Source: Octopus vulgaris (lineage: Eukaryota). From it: a stretch of DNA of 64,000 nucleotides. Both the position numbers and the translations under genes were made by a program. Under the pieces are notes generated by a model, which searched no databases, was not told the origin of the DNA, and saw nothing but the letters and a program-made list of their open reading frames with translations. Each line of letters begins with the position of its first letter. Positions within the stretch are counted from its first letter, which is position 1. The stretch lies in contig OX597836.1 of NCBI GenBank assembly GCA_951406725.2, positions 30,008,001 through 30,072,000 on the forward strand, given 5' to 3'. Positions 62,021-64,000 of the stretch are shown here, piece by piece.

Positions 62021-64000
62021 TTTTAAGATGGTAGAGTATGGTTTGGAGGAGATTCAACCTGGTATTTCTGGCAAGTCTATTGACTGTGATGACATGATGT
62101 AGAAGCGCCTTTCCTCTCCTCGACTAGAGAGAGAGTTATGAAGTCTTGTAAATGTCTCAGAATAAAAGAAATCAGATTAATGAGTGGAGAGGTAAGGGTA
62201 ATGAAAGATGTGTAGTGTGATGGTGATGGTGGTGGTGGAAGTGCATGAAAAAAAAGTTTAAAAAATGATAAAAGTACGAATAATAAGGTGGTTGTTATTA
62301 TTACAGTTTAACCCCAGGTCAGACCTATGATCAAAAGTGTTCCAGAAATTATGATTTTATGCTTTTGTTTGAGGCAACTACATTATCCAGCAAAAATGTC
62401 ATTCTGTAACCCTTTTACTGTGGAAATCAGATCTATCCACTCAAAATTATATTAACCTTAACTGCAGAAAGTAGTTATATATCCCAATCTTATCTTTTGT
62501 TGAGGAATATCAAGTTTGGAACATTTTTTGTTGAGATATATCAAGTTTACTGAGGCATTGTGACTTGCAGAAAATCCCAATTCTATTTTTTGGGAGGTAT
62601 TTAACATCATTACTGGAATAACCATGAAATTTAATTTCGCATTTAAAGGGCTAAAGCAGCAGACTGTGCTGTGAGAGGGATTTGGTTTGAGTGGACCCTT
62701 ATTAATGCAGCCATGAGGCTTATGTCTTAATTAGGTGAATGATATAACTAGAATAAGTGTATGGGTAAAGAACTGAGTTAAAAGGGAAAATATTTTAAGT
62801 GAAAAGTCAAATAAAACACGCACAAACAAACGCATGCATGAATATACAAACAAAATACATTTATATAGTATTCAGACATGTATCATCATCATCATCATTT
62901 TAACATGCTCACATGAAGTAGAGAGAGAGTTTATTTGAGGTATATTTTCTACAACTGGAAGCCCTTCCTGCCATCAACTGTCATCTGTTTCTAAGTAATG
63001 TAATATTTCCCTATGGTGAGAAACAAAAGTACATTTGTGTTTAAATTAATTAAAGTGCATGTTGTGGCTATGTGTACACATTAGAATATACAAGTAGGCA
63101 CATAGGTAGATAGGTAGCAAAATGAACAATAATAGATAACAAATTGATGGAGACACTGACAAAATACACAAGTAGGTAGACAGTGGACTACATAGATCAA
63201 TGCAGAGTACGTGTGATGGTCAGAGAAGAGAACAGAAGACAGGTAGTCAAATTAAGAATTTAAAAACTTTATTTTGCTGATTAAGTGGGAATAACACCGA
63301 AACATATTTGTAGTTGTCTCCCATATTTATCAGAGAAACATATTTAATATTAGTCACCGGCAAATATTGATTCCCCTGCATCCTCACTACATAACTATTT
63401 CTAATCTAACTTTACAATCAATTAATCTTATCCAAATTCACCCACCCATCCATCCACACATCTATTTGTCTGTCAGTTTCACCACCTATTTATTTCTTAG
63501 TAAGCTTTGCATTAGATATGGTAACACTAACTATCTATCTATCTATTTGCACACATGCTCATATACTTATCCTAAGTTAGCTTTTTACTGCTCGCTAATA
63601 TATTTACAGTTAATTGTAAAAGTAGCTTGCTGTAATTGATGCTACTAAAAACCAGGAAGAACTTGTAGAGTAAGAGCAAAGCCAATTCAATCAAGCACTG
63701 TAATGGACCACTAATGTAATTGACTATAAATCTTCAACTACAAAACGCTGACTTTAACAAATTGTTGAAACAAATCAATAATCTTGTACCTTTACTTCGT
63801 AATTCTTCCAAGAATGATTTCAGTCTATGCTTTGTTGATAAGGCCACAATAAAACTGAAACGTGACCAAAGTTGTCTCCTATTCTTGTTAAAAAATAATT
63901 CAAAATAATACTAATTATTGGACTATTACTGTTTATTACCATACTGCACAATTACTTTTAATTATCTTGATAATGCTCTCTGCATTTAATAGTGTAATAT

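Overview
AT-rich animal genomic DNA, dense in microsatellites and repeats. The SINE/MITE/LINE content resembles an octopod cephalopod (recognised from memory, not searched). One convincing coding exon is present: a 48-nt, phase-0/0 exon on the minus strand (10024-10071) encoding TGDNITWETHKVTLTK, which matches the start of PDZ1 of ZO-1/TJP1 (Drosophila polychaetoid). Most of the window is therefore probably large 5' introns or upstream region of a ZO-1-like gene; I did not find the next PDZ1 exon, so it probably lies left of the window. Two candidate alternative first coding exons (40057-40095 and 26980-27111) splice in frame to this exon, and there is a candidate 30-nt stop-containing cassette exon (17870-17899). 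The rest consists of modular tRNA-derived SINEs, RTE and Dong/R4-like LINE fragments, Penelope-like ends carrying minimal hammerhead ribozyme motifs, piggyBac/pogo/mariner/hAT/Harbinger-type MITEs, a Helitron-like element with a locally templated insertion, and several hairpins. The supplied ORF track is almost entirely microsatellite or repeat noise. I cannot claim a wholly new biological system; the best leads are the ZO-1 5' exon architecture, a dimeric piggyBac-type MITE, the Helitron capture and the intronic hammerheads. Family labels A-E are my own working names, and boundaries of old repeats are approximate.
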